Shown: positions 27,416-39,700 of the stretch, piece by piece
How positions within the stretch are numbered: the first letter of the stretch is position 1
How the letters are laid out: each line of letters begins with the position of its first letter
NCBI GenBank assembly: GCA_040954595.2
Contig: CM082578.2
Span: 15,980,998 to 16,044,997, forward strand
Direction of reading: 5' to 3'
DNA from: Balanoglossus misakiensis
Lineage: Eukaryota; Animalia; Hemichordata
Length of the DNA stretch: 64,000 nt
The notes under the pieces: model-generated
Databases searched by the model: none
The model's input: only the letters and a program-made list of their open reading frames with translations
What the model was told of the DNA's origin: nothing
Translations under genes and position numbers: made by a program

Positions 27416-30400
27416 CTACATTTTGCCGTATTCTATAGATGGTTTAGATAAATGAATGTAAAAGTTCTAAATTTGACCCATTCTCACTCTAGAGGATTAT
27501 TAATGATTTGCTGTTGGCAATTCTGACATTGGGGGAAGTCTAGAAGTCATTGGTTGATTGGGGTAGATCCAGAAGTTGTACACAAAGTGATCGCCTGGAG
27601 CAAAGGGACTACTTGCAATGAAAGACACCTGTCAAGCTTACAACACGGTCTCGGAATGTGCAAAAAAGTGGTCTCTTTGATCACATGAGAATGCCTGGTG
27701 AATAGGGTATTCAAATCAACAGTCTCGTCGGATCTTAGCTCTTTACTATTGTTTTTGAATTTTCTCAGACCAGGTATTTTTGGGTATTGAGCTTTTTGTA
27801 TGAATCATCTTGTGTGTGGCATCATTGAAGTCTATGGAAAAAGCAAAATGTCTGCATTTGGAATTTAGCATAGAACAAGGACCATTAAAGCTTCACTAAG
27901 TCCAACTTTGGGCTATTTTCTAGGTATTTTTGTTTCGGGTATCAACTTTGGTTTCTTGTTCTACTCTGTAAAACATATAGAATTGCTCAGTATTTGGCAT
28001 TTCAACACAACCCTTTTGAAGTTATCAGCATTGTTATTATTGAAAATTGAATTCGAGTCCGGACTTGCATTAGGACCTGGAGACGTATGCATGCACGGAG
28101 CGTGATGTGTTGTAATTTCATTTCAAGAGTGGTTTCCAGCACATAGACTATCACACACAATATCCATGACACCCAGAGGTGAGAGGCTGATGCAACCTTG
28201 CATTCAGACGAGCTTTGATCCATACAAACACAGTTGAACCCAGTCTCAACAAAATCAGACGCAAGCTATTCACAAAGTTTATCAGCAGTGCATTCACACA
28301 AACACAGCCATCATCACCATTTCACTGAAGGCGTCCACCATACAGTGTCTGCCCCAATGCACTGTGCTATATATTGTGTTATAAATATCATCTTGTTATT
28401 CATACAGTTGTGATTGCAAAGGGAATAAACTGAGCATTATCAACAGAGAATAGGTTGGTTGAGTGTAGAAACTATTTAGAATTTCACTTAACAAATTCTC
28501 TTGAGCTATGTCAGCAGGGGTGTAGCTTATATCATAAGCTCAAAAGTATCTGGCAAACTTTCAAAAGTAGATGGTGGAATCGAGGATGGGGGGAGGGGTA
28601 AATATTCAAGAAGGAATTAGGGATTGGAGAGGGTGTTCCTTTTGGGGAGAAGCCTTAAGCCGGTTGGGAAAAGCAAAGTCGTTGCTTGTTTTTGCAGACT
28701 ATCACCTCTTATCCCCACCCCTGATTTCAACTAAACTTACAAGAGTGCTTTGTAAGTTTTGTAAAACTTAGGGTCAAGGCTTACGAAGACTCAACTAAGG
28801 AAAAAAAGGGAATGATCTGTTTGCTCAGGGTGGTAGTCAGACTTTAGAGAAATTTGCTTTGATGCAGGACAACAAAAGGGATGTTCTCAGAAAAGCTATG
28901 ACACTGTGACATTTCGTCGACAGTCTCACAATTGCTGCTAATCACAGAGGCGTCTCTGTCGACAAAAGATTTGAAATACTCTACGTCTGTCAATAAACCA
29001 ACTGGAAAGCTAAAACTTCAGTTTTTGTTGGTCATTTGTGGAACAAATAAAGACTTCCATGCTAGCTGTTTGCAGTATGTCATACCAGTGCTGTATTCAG
29101 TGACTATTACATGAGATAAATGCTTATCAAAATCATAATATAACACTTTAAGTTGGCCAAGACCGATCAGAAATGAGTTGGAAGGTGTATATGTCGGACC
29201 CCATTGGTCTTCTCATTTTCACACCAACATGCGGGCACCTGGCCACTGTAATTCATTCCAGAAAGTAGGTTATCTTGCGGGATACACCCTGCTTTTAGGG
29301 GTCAAGAAACGAGAACGGAATTCGACGAATAAGATCCCTCAGAAATGTTTCCATATCAACTGTTGTCTGCAATCTTGACAACTTTCTGCTACCTCACGAA
29401 CAGATAATTCTCACCAGTGTAGTTCATGTTTCGCTGCAGTTTCTGTGAACTTTGCTAGCTAAACAGTCTTGTGACTTTCTAGATATTAATTGTGAGCCCA
29501 AGTCTTCAAAGTCCAAATATCACTCTGGGAGAGTAATAATGAAATTATCCTGTCAGTGAATAGTTAATGAAATAGCCAAACATTTGTCCAGTTATATGCA
29601 GGTTTTTGTTTTACGGGAGCTAATTATTATATTTTCGAAATTGGTGGCATGTCAATTATTAATGTTTAAAGGTAAACAGAGATGAGAATTGGCCCTATCA
29701 CAACATTGCGACATAGAATTACATTTGGACATTCCCATCTAATGACTTCGACATACCATGCAAAAGTGCGCTATAAAGTTTATTCAGTTCAAGCCATCGT
29801 GATTGAATGTAATAAATAATAATGTGGAAAGTAGGCCAAGGGTAAAGCAGTGACATTCTTGGGTTTGTTGTTTGTTCAGTGCATAGTTTTCTTTTCTGTA
29901 CATGTTTTGTGTATCTGGATACTTTCTCACTTTTTGTTTCATTAAAGGGGAAGTGTGCTCTGGCTGATTTTTAAATATATGCTAATTTTGGGTTCAGATA
30001 TCCAAGAAAAGCCATTTTGCCATGTGTAACGTGTGTCAAAAATGGACAAAAATAGTGGTGGAAGTATAATTGATACTATGATCACACATTGTTTATAGGT
30101 GCAGCCTGATGTGAGGCACTTGTTCAAAATACGGTAAGATGATGAAGCCCTAGAATGCAAAAAAAAAAAATTGCATTGAATGTCATCTGACCACAACAAG
30201 ATTCTTGGTTTAAAGGATTGCTTTTGCTGATATTTGACCAAAAATTGGCAAAATCTGGAAATTCTATGACAGGATAAGTCTTTTCCCGCAACTTGTGAAA
30301 TAACAATTGAGCCTTTAAGGAGATTGTTTAGATTTTGAATTGAGGACAATTTGTGTCTAACTTGTAATTTGTCGTAGTTTGATAAAACACAAAGATGTAT

Positions 30401-31939
30401 TTGTTCACAGACACCCAGGGCTTAAAACATAAGCCTTCCTGTTCAGTGAACTATTTACTTTGTCAATTACTGTTTCATATCTGGAGTGGTTGCTTAGTGA
30501 CACATTTTCATACAATTGATTCTCTGTGTATGGCTTAGCTATAAGGCTTAACCTCTTGATAAGTGCATTTATACTTAACCTATGATCTTGCACTGAAAAG
30601 TTAGTATATTATGTAAAAAAAAATATTCTCCTTTCTCATTATTTGTCCGAGAAATAGTATGTAAAGCTAGTGTGAACGATATTCTAATTTGTCAAAAATA
30701 TTACTGTGAAGCCTTCTTTGCATAATGGCCTTTGAAGTACAGAACAGTCTACTCTTGTCAATCATACTCAACTTTTGAAACCCTTGGAATAAAAAAAGTG
30801 TGGTGTTCATGAAATGCCGTGTCAATCTTTCGAGGAAAGAACTTTGCGATTGTAAATTTTCCATTTTACAGTGGTATAAGGGAAGCCACCTGATTTTTCA
30901 ATGCAAGACTTGGGCTGTGTTTGGGGTCAATATGTACAGTAGATACCCATGAAAAACGATTAGCTCTGGTCAATACAAGCAATGCATGTTTCTAAACATA
31001 TGTCTTCCCTCAATTAATAGGCAAACAATTACATGATACTAGGCAGCAAAAATCCTGTCAAGTGCTGGCCGAGAAGATTTACAATTGATCTAACTGATAA
31101 TTGCAGCATCCTATCCTAATGCCGAGATTTTATCTTCAATGTGTATGCAGGTGGTGATTCAAAAATGAGTTAATTTAAAACAGTTTGTGTTAGACTAAAA
31201 ATTCCCTCCCATCATTAGGTTAATCGAATTTTATTGTCATCTAGTAAAGTTGTTAAACCAAAGTGTACGTTCTGTGTGACGGCTCAGACTAGTTCAGATT
31301 CGCGTTCATAATGCACAAGTAAGCAAACACATTGAAACTTTAGAAAAATGTGGTCAGTATTTGAAACAGGTGTGTTTGTGAAACCAAAGGACAGACAAAC
31401 TGTTTCACCTTCGATAGGACTTTCAGATTACAAGTGTCAACTAATTCTCGCAGCTGTTGAAAGCTGCAAAATGAGCCTTATTAATAGCAACTTGGCACCT
31501 TGCTGGTGGAGTTTACAAATCTACAAAACATTGATCAACCATTGTTTTGATAGCCTGTTTTTCTTGAAGCTTACCAGCACATACCCATTTACAAATACTT
31601 GTGAAAGAGCTTTATCTAATTCTTTCTGCTGCCAAGCCACTTCACCCTTGGAATAGAACTGCTCATTGTTATTGCTCATGGATATTAGTGTGTGTATTCT
31701 GGGAGTAGCGGACTTGAATGAATGCAAGAAGTTGGGGGTCAGAGAAATGAAACTTTTCTTCTCTGCATGTGTAATATGGTCTGTACAAATGTCTAGTCCA
31801 TGGCAAACATTTGTTTTCACGGGCCGTGGTTTGAATGAACTGAAAAGTGCAAATTGCATACCACTCCGAGTGCGAGTCATTCCAATGTTAAAACATATAT
31901 AACTGTCAATGAATCTGGACAGTTTACAGCTGTCACTGT

Positions 31940-32146
31940 TTAACTGTTTGAAGGCCACATTTTCTCTGTCAAATTTGGTGTAACTTCACTCATTTTTCTC
32001 TATTTTCCCGTCTTATTTTAGACAAAATGGACATAATTTTCCATTGTCTTCAGGTCTTGATCAAAATTTAGGAAGAAATGTGGAAAAATTATGAAGGTTA
32101 ATTTTTTAAAAGATGATGACAAATCGACTGGTGTTGAAAGGGTTAA
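31940..32146. mobile_element. TTAA-flanked piggyBac-like MITE, family A copy 1
   Basis: ttaactgtttgaaggcca...tggtgttgaaagggttaa degenerate TIRs; internal ttattttagacaaaatggacataattttccattg shared with the copy at 39039. Confidence 0.65.
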
Positions 32147-33728
32147 TCACTGATACCAAGACTTAATAAGTTGCAGCTTTTCTCTGTGAACATTTATTTG
32201 ATTCAAAAACAGGAAGACACAAAAAAGTGGGATGTCCCAAAAATTAAAAGTTGTGGGAACAAACTATAACTGAAAAATACTTTGTTTAAAGTGTCATGAG
32301 GTTGTTTTGTGAAAACAGATATTTGATTAAAATTCGGTGACATCTGTGAAGACTACAAGTTGGTCTAAGCCCTCCCCATTATCAACAGGAAGGTGATGAC
32401 AATCTTGACTGTATAAACAGATTTCGTGGCTTTTGGTGTTCAGTAAGCTGTGTTGCCATGGAGAGTTAATCTCAATTTCACCTAAAAGCATGTACATGTG
32501 AAATGCCCAAACAAAGTCAAGGTGATGGAAGGGTTCACCTTCAAGTCTTGCTCATATATAGCGCTGACGTATTTGACGTCAGACTTGACCTTTAACCTTT
32601 AAAATCAGACCACCAAGACACAGTTTCCTTGACCCATCACAGATACAATTTCTATGGAGTTTAATGGCCAAGTACTTGGCCATGCATTATCAAAAAAATC
32701 TTAAACTTATGTTGTTCACTGCCATCTGCCTATGACTACAATGAGTTGGTTGATGTGCGAAGCTTAATTTTGTCATTCCAAATATCTAACACTTGTTATC
32801 ATTCTAAATGCAATTAGCACACATGGAGGTGTTACTGTTTGTTGTTACTTTCCTATAACTATAAACATACAATCATTATCAGTAATATCCAATCAATCAA
32901 GAAGCAATCAGTCAGCTTAACATAAACCAGCCATTTCATTAAAACAATGCACTGATTCTATTCTGACACTCTCATCAATTTGATGCATTAGGGAAAACTG
33001 CAGCAGGTCTGTCTACATGTTCAACCAATTACTTTTGATAGCTCAACTTTTGAAAAAAAAGGCGTGTGACAGGAGACAAAATGTCCAACACAACACGCTC
33101 ACGTGTGTATTAAGTAAATTGAATTGTGTACATTCCTTGGGGTTACGTCTAAATGATATCAATGCAGCGATGGTTGAACAGTAGATGAAGACATATTGGA
33201 GACTGGGGATGTATAGAATTGACTTGAAAAAAGTTTTTAACAGTCAGGAGTTAAGTTTCTCATTCAGGATGAAGATAAATGGAAGATTTTAGCTGGAAAC
33301 ACAGTGCCCAGCACGTAGACATTGTCACTTTACAGTTTGGAGATGAGTAGATTGCATACCAGAGGTTGATCTGATATATATATATGAGTGTCAGCTGTGT
33401 AGATTCTATTTGGTCAAGGTTTGGATGGTGTTGAGTTTCAACAATTTATCAGTGCACACAATACTTGGGAGATGCTGACACCCATTCAGGAAAAGTTCAC
33501 TGACTGCCAGAGTATGCACTTCATTGAAAAGTGAAATTCTCATCATTTACTTGTAAAACATTTTGTTGGACATTTATGTGAGAATTGACCTCTGTAACCG
33601 AGGTGACCAGCAATGTTTAAACTCTTAGATTTATCGGATACACTCCAAAGCCCTAGGGGGAAGTTATTCCAAGCCATGAATGGAAGATTATCAATCAGAG
33701 TCCTGTTAGTAAGAGAAAACATATGCAA

Positions 33729-33900
33729 TTCTCAAGGTGGTAGCCAATCAAAGACAGTTGTACTCCTCAAGGTAGCTATCAAGAGCAAGAGACGTTTGGA
33801 GGCAACGGATAAAAAAATCTCGTATAATTTTCCAGATACCTAGTTAAAAACAGATGTGCTTCTCAAGGTGGTAGCCAACCGAGACAGGTGAACTTCTCGA
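33729..33900 (+). repeat. Degenerate ~40-bp direct repeat pair
   Basis: ttctcaaggtggtagccaatcaaagacagttgtactcctcaa (33729) and ttctcaaggtggtagccaaccgagacaggtgaacttctcga (33860). Confidence 0.75.
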
Positions 33901-36384
33901 GATCCCTGATTAAAATTGTTGTATTAATTTTGCTTACTAATACAGTGAACATGTACACAAGAGAGACATATATGACTACTGAACTGGTATCAAGTTGATT
34001 GATTTAGACATGAATTGACAATGCATCCATTCCAGTAAAGCTCTATAACTGACAATTGATAATTCCGGACCCTTTGAATCACTCCAGGCAAATTGATAGT
34101 CCCTATTTCCTATTTTTATCAGTGAAATTGCCTGTCTCATATAAAGTCTGCTATCTTCTCAGTTTGTGCGGTGTCCTCGACTCAAGAAGATGGTGAACAT
34201 GTGGAGTCCTTGACCCACTCATCACAAATCTTGTTCGCACTCCTGAAATGGTCGGAACTGCGCCATACCTAAAAAAATCTTCTCCGGGGATCTGCAGATT
34301 CAGTTTGCGTCCACACTTACTCATTTGAAGTTCTTGGTGTCTGGCTCAGCACAATTTCTGAACCTGACTGTGACCTTGCCGTATCTTGGACGACTCTGAC
34401 TGAGACCATGCAAGGACACACTCAAATCTTAGAGGGGACCTAACTTAATTCAACTTCCCCCATACCAGAATCCGCCAGTTCAACACAACATGTCCAAATT
34501 GTTTATTTTGCACTAACTTTAAATGTATGTATAGCTACTCAGAGCCAAACAGTCTGTCCAGTGTTAAATGCAACTTTTAGCACGACTTCTAACAAAACAC
34601 TTAGGAAAAGTCAAGGGTAATAATTTGTATTCTAACTTTGGTCACATGATGAAGAAACAAAAGTAAAAGTTTATTTGAATGAGAAAGTTCAGAATTCTTG
34701 TGCACATGGTTTGTTCTCATTTGTCTGATTGTATCTGATCCACATGTTCTTTTACTGAATAAATCAACATGTCTGACATCGTTGAGAACAATTTTAATGG
34801 TCCTTGCAGTGTAGGAGCAGTGCTATTGAACAGATCATGCATGCGTGTTGGTTATACCAATTGAAAACACCACATGTACATGGCTGTACATCAACACATA
34901 TAAATCTGGGATTATTGGAGTAAAAAATTCACCCAAACTTATACAGATGAGTGTTAAACACATTTTGCAAACCGCTTCCAACTTGGAATGCTGTGAGTCA
35001 CTACAAGTGTCCATGAGATGAAATGCCTGCAAGACACTCTCACAAACCATATGCACGCCCTCAGTGATTGTGCTGAGCACAGTACAGTTGCAACTTCTTG
35101 AATTTAATATATCTGTATGATGTCTGCAAATCATCTCTGTGATGAAATTTGGATGACTGCATAGAGATATGGAAACAAAGACACAAGATACACATAACAT
35201 CATACCAGCAATATCAACATGATTAGAACAAATGCTATATCAATTGTGTCCCACTGTTCCAGTCGGCCTCCCACATTGCTCAATTGTGCATGTCCAGTCT
35301 AAACCAAACTATTCCATATGGTATATGAAGCAGAGACAGCCGAGGTGATGCATCGTTTGACTTTACGGATTCTATGACCTCAACTTATATACAGTAATTG
35401 TTTTTAAAGTCACGTGTATCATCCAGCTGTCTTGATTGACTAGACAGTTGTTGAGAAAAAATGATATTAGAGTTGAGGAGACTGTAGTCTCCTTGCTTGA
35501 ATTCAATGTTGGTGATATGCTTCCTGCTCTATAACTATGCCAGGTTTTGGAATGTTCACTTTGTTTAGACTGGGTAGTAAAGTATTGTATTGTGTAATTC
35601 AAAGTACAACGAACTACATATCCCTTCGTGCAGAATTTCAACCCAAAACATGTTGTGTTTTCCATTCAAACTACATTTAGGAAATGATGAAATTGGCTGC
35701 AGTCTGCCTCCATTGGCGAGCAAATAAACTATTGCATATGGTTTTACTTGATAGTATTTTGAACTCTGTATCTAGCCAATGACCTTGAACTTGGTGTCAG
35801 AGATTGGGGGACACTGTGTCCTGAGTACTCCTACCTCCTTGTTGGTGGCCCTAAAGTATCTGATGGTTTTTGTGGCGTCTTTTTTTATGGTTTACAGGGA
35901 ACTGATAAGCATTGATTGAAGTTAATAACTTAACTGCACTTCAGAGTATAAAGTGAACAATAGCGCAGTTATAAAGATCTGCAGTAACCAAAAACCATTT
36001 GATATGTTTAAAGTGTCGATACCCTATACCAGCAGTCCACTGCCACTGATACAAAGCAATAGCGTGTTTCAACTGATATGATTGCTGGTGGCAAAAACAC
36101 TATTGGAATCAACTTATGTTCGTTAGACGTCCACTCTCATTAGTCCTGAAATAAAAACAGTTATAAAAACACTTGATTTGATGTACACAGTTTACAGTAA
36201 AAGATTCTGATTGTGACGAAGGCTATATATCCATACGATGCGTGTGTCTGCCTCTCAGACTTGTTGGCACTATAAGTTGATCTTCAATACTGTTGGAGAC
36301 AGGCACAGGGAGTGTACGTCATTATAAATTTACTTGAAATAGTAGACTGAAGATAAACTGTCCATGAGGTTCCTAGATATAAGC

Positions 36385-36640
36385 TTGTTTAAGTCCTCAC
36401 GGACGAAGTCTTTGGGGGGGGGGGGGGCAATAGAGTAGTACCCTTCCATCTGTCTGTCTGTGTGTGTGTGTGTATGCATGTGTGGGTGTGTGTCTCTATC
36501 TAGAGCCATTAGGCAGAAATGCCCTGACCTATTTCATACAGACTTGGTATTAGGACAATGCACCATGATGTACATATGCATGTCAATTTGTATTGTGATG
36601 CAATCCAATATAGCTGCAAGACTGACATTTTTTGTGATCT
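36385..36640 (+). mobile_element. HINE-like interspersed repeat remnant directly upstream of the first exon
   Basis: agtcctcacggacgaagtc...G-tract...atag followed by (gtct)/(gt) microsatellite; similar head agtccccatggatgtagtctggggtggga at about 54768. Confidence 0.5.
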
Positions 36641-36657
36641 GATTTGCTCTTTTCCAG

Positions 36658-36742
36658 ATCGACATCACCAGAAGGAAAATCATGGCAAAAGAACAGAGAA
36701 AGAAAATAGTTTATTTGAAGAATATTCTCAGGAAACAGAAGA
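36658..36742 (+). CDS. ADAMTS9: ADAMTS exon: propeptide C-terminal part ([28 protein letters not shown])
   Basis: ttttccag acceptor, GA|gtaagt donor; phase-2 end fits the next exon; charged, poorly conserved peptide. Confidence 0.75.
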
Positions 36743-39700
36743 GTAAGTACAATTCAGGCGACACTGACAGGTTCAGCCCAAACATCAGTTGCTATTGCTA
36801 GCAAAATTCCAAATGCACACCACTGCACTCTTGCTGTCACTTACCGACAATGAGAAAAACGTAGCCCTGTTCAATTCGCATTGTCTTTATATATTCGCCA
36901 TCAGTCAAAGTAAAGCAACAAAACTGTCATTTTATTCGTTTTGAAAATTCCCTTTCATAGCAACCATTGCAGAGAAATTTAAATCCTCCCGCATCACCTT
37001 AAAAGTTCAAACATCATCATTTTATTTGCTGAATAGTCTCGCCAGTTAGTTTTTCTATGGTATGCAATATTCAGACAATTTACAGTACTGGGCAGTTAAC
37101 ATACTGGAGTCTGATCTCTCAAATGCCCACACACTTGGCTGCTGTAGTAAGTGGTCTTTACAATGCTCCCTCTGCACGGGCAGCAGGGGTTAATAGAAAA
37201 AGCTAAAAACAGCCAAAAACAGTGTCCTCCCTGCAGTGCTTTCAATCTGCCTGATTAGCTGCTCCTAATAGAAAATTTACACAGCTTCTTGTGTGGTGTC
37301 ACCATGTAGGCTTAAAGTAAGGAGGGTCAATTATTGTCGTACATGTGTTTACTGAATGTAGACTTGAAAATCCCTGCGGATTTTACTGAAAAATGCTGAA
37401 CTGTAAAAAATGTGCGAACTCAGTGAATGTCACAGCTATATGTCAAATTTTACCCGAATTGTGCCATGGTTGCTACCGTATGATGTTTTACTTTTAGGAC
37501 CGTTTTGCAGACATTTCATTCCACCATCATCATGCTTTCTTAACCCAACAGGGAGTTTGCTATTGTCAAATCAAGGTATGGTTGATTTTTCAAGAATCAG
37601 TGAACAAAATCCAGTAATTGTCTTCATAATTTTTACAGTTCATTAGAAAAGAATTCAACAAGACAAGAATCACATCGAAAGAAAAGATCAATATCATACG
37701 AAAGACACGTTGAAACAATGGTAGTGGTAGATTCCAAGATGTATGCATACCATGGAAAAAATTTAGAGCACTATGTTCTTACATTGATGGCTTTGGTAAG
37801 TATGCTTTTTGTCAAATCAGCTAAGGAACACTTTTCAGTAATTTGTGAAATTTAGAAGTGTTCATCTAAAATGTTTCTGGGACCTGAGCTTTGAATGTTT
37901 TGCTTGAGAATAATTCATTCCGTTTGGGAAGTGGGGGATGGGGGGGGGGGGGGGGGGGGGCAAAGATCAGTTTAAGAGCTAGAAAACACACACATTCTCG
38001 AACATAGAGATATATTATTAAGTGAACCCCGGTAATTTCTTTGGGTTTGTGCCCAAGTGCATTTGAATTCAGTCCATGGGAAAACTGTGGTTCTTAACCA
38101 TATTTTAGATCAAGATAACATAAGTTACAAGTAACGTATGTTCAGGGGGTAAATGATGAGTTCTAGAATTTCTTTGATTCCATAAATTATTTACTCTGAC
38201 ATGGGAATATACAGAACCAAGGGAAGTGTTGAAAGGGATGATATCACTGTCTTTTGACAGTGTTTATTGTGTTGTGTGAGAACTTATTGATTTCGTTCTG
38301 ACTATTGGAACATGCCAATTCATCAGTCAGTAGAACTCTATTCACAGACAACATGGTTTTTGTGTTAAGTCCATATATGAACGCTTTAAGCCAAAATACA
38401 GATTGGTAACTTGCCAAATTTGCAAAGTTTACTTCTATGGTTGTCTTTGTTTCGCAGGTTAACAGTATTTATAAACATGCCAGTATTGGAAATTTTGTGA
38501 ACATTGTAGTGGTTAAAGTGTTGGTTATCAAAGATGAGAAGGTAAGTGTCCAAGCATTGAAACACTTTCAAGATGCATAATTGTTGGGGGACATTAGCTG
38601 TAACTTTTACCTTTATTTCCAGTACAAATGTATTATCGTTTTGTGTATCAAGAGCAATTTCTTGCTCTTTGCCAAACATCATGCTAATACATCTAAAAGT
38701 ACTCCACCCGTCAACATAGCCTGTATGTGTGTAACGACCATTATCCAACAAATTGCACAATGGGTGTGAAAATACACGATGCATGGTTTCCCACACTTTC
38801 ATGACTTGAAGTTATGATCTGTCGACATATGAATGACAGACAGGGTGTGTCGTGATCCTGTGATATGAAAGCTGATTTTTTCCCCCGATTTCACAGCGCT
38901 GAACACAAGTTTGACCGTCATTATTCACTGTTTAGAGACAATTACCACCCACATAGCTGTGGAAACATGCAGTAAAGATATCGTGTGATGTTGCAAAGCT
39001 GGTCGTGTCCCTGTTTTTGGGACATTGCTGACATAGCATTGACCCTTGGGACTTCACACTTCGCTGTCAAAATGTGGTGCAAATTTTTATCATTTTCATT
39101 CCCTTTTCTCAATTTTTGCCCTTTATTTTAGACCAAATGGACACAATTTTCAATTGTTTACACGCCTTAATCAAAATTTTATAAAAAAGCAATAAGGTAA
39201 AAATTATACATTGTGGATATTTCTGTCATACAAGGCAAGGAGGTTTTTGGTCAAAAAATAAAATTGCTTGTCCAGTTTGCTTTACTGTGTCCGGGCATCA
39301 GCCCAGATGTAAATGTAGTACACATACGAGTGACAAACCTTTAAGTTGAATGGGTTATATTTAGCTGTGTTGCATTACCGTACGTATTCACCCACAATGC
39401 ACTGCTACTGATCTTTTTTTAACCAACTCTGCTTGAGGAGCGCGCGGCTTTTAATCAAAGCTTAATGGAAGAACAACACAAGAATCTGCCCCATTTCGAT
39501 TGGAAAGACATTGAATGATTGCTGTTTTATTGTTACCTTGGATGAGTGCCCATGGTTGCTTCTTGTATCCATTTTCAATTTGCCCAGAGTCATAGTATTT
39601 GTTTGTAAATTACCCCCAGTGTTTTCCCCACAAAGTATAATTTGTTATCTTTTGGCAGTCGGTGGTTTACACAACTTCAGGCGTTTCAACAAACGTCAAT

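Larger units (their letters stand above)
1..36657 (+). other. Probable very long 5' intron of the ADAMTS gene (upstream prodomain exons outside window)
   Basis: First recognised exon begins with a phase-1 acceptor in mid-propeptide; no signal-peptide or prodomain exon recognised upstream. Small or divergent exons could have been missed. Confidence 0.7.

Noticed and set aside
34160-34440. GC-richer stretch after a tctcag acceptor-like site
   Set aside because: Stops in all three frames, no donor, no recognisable homology
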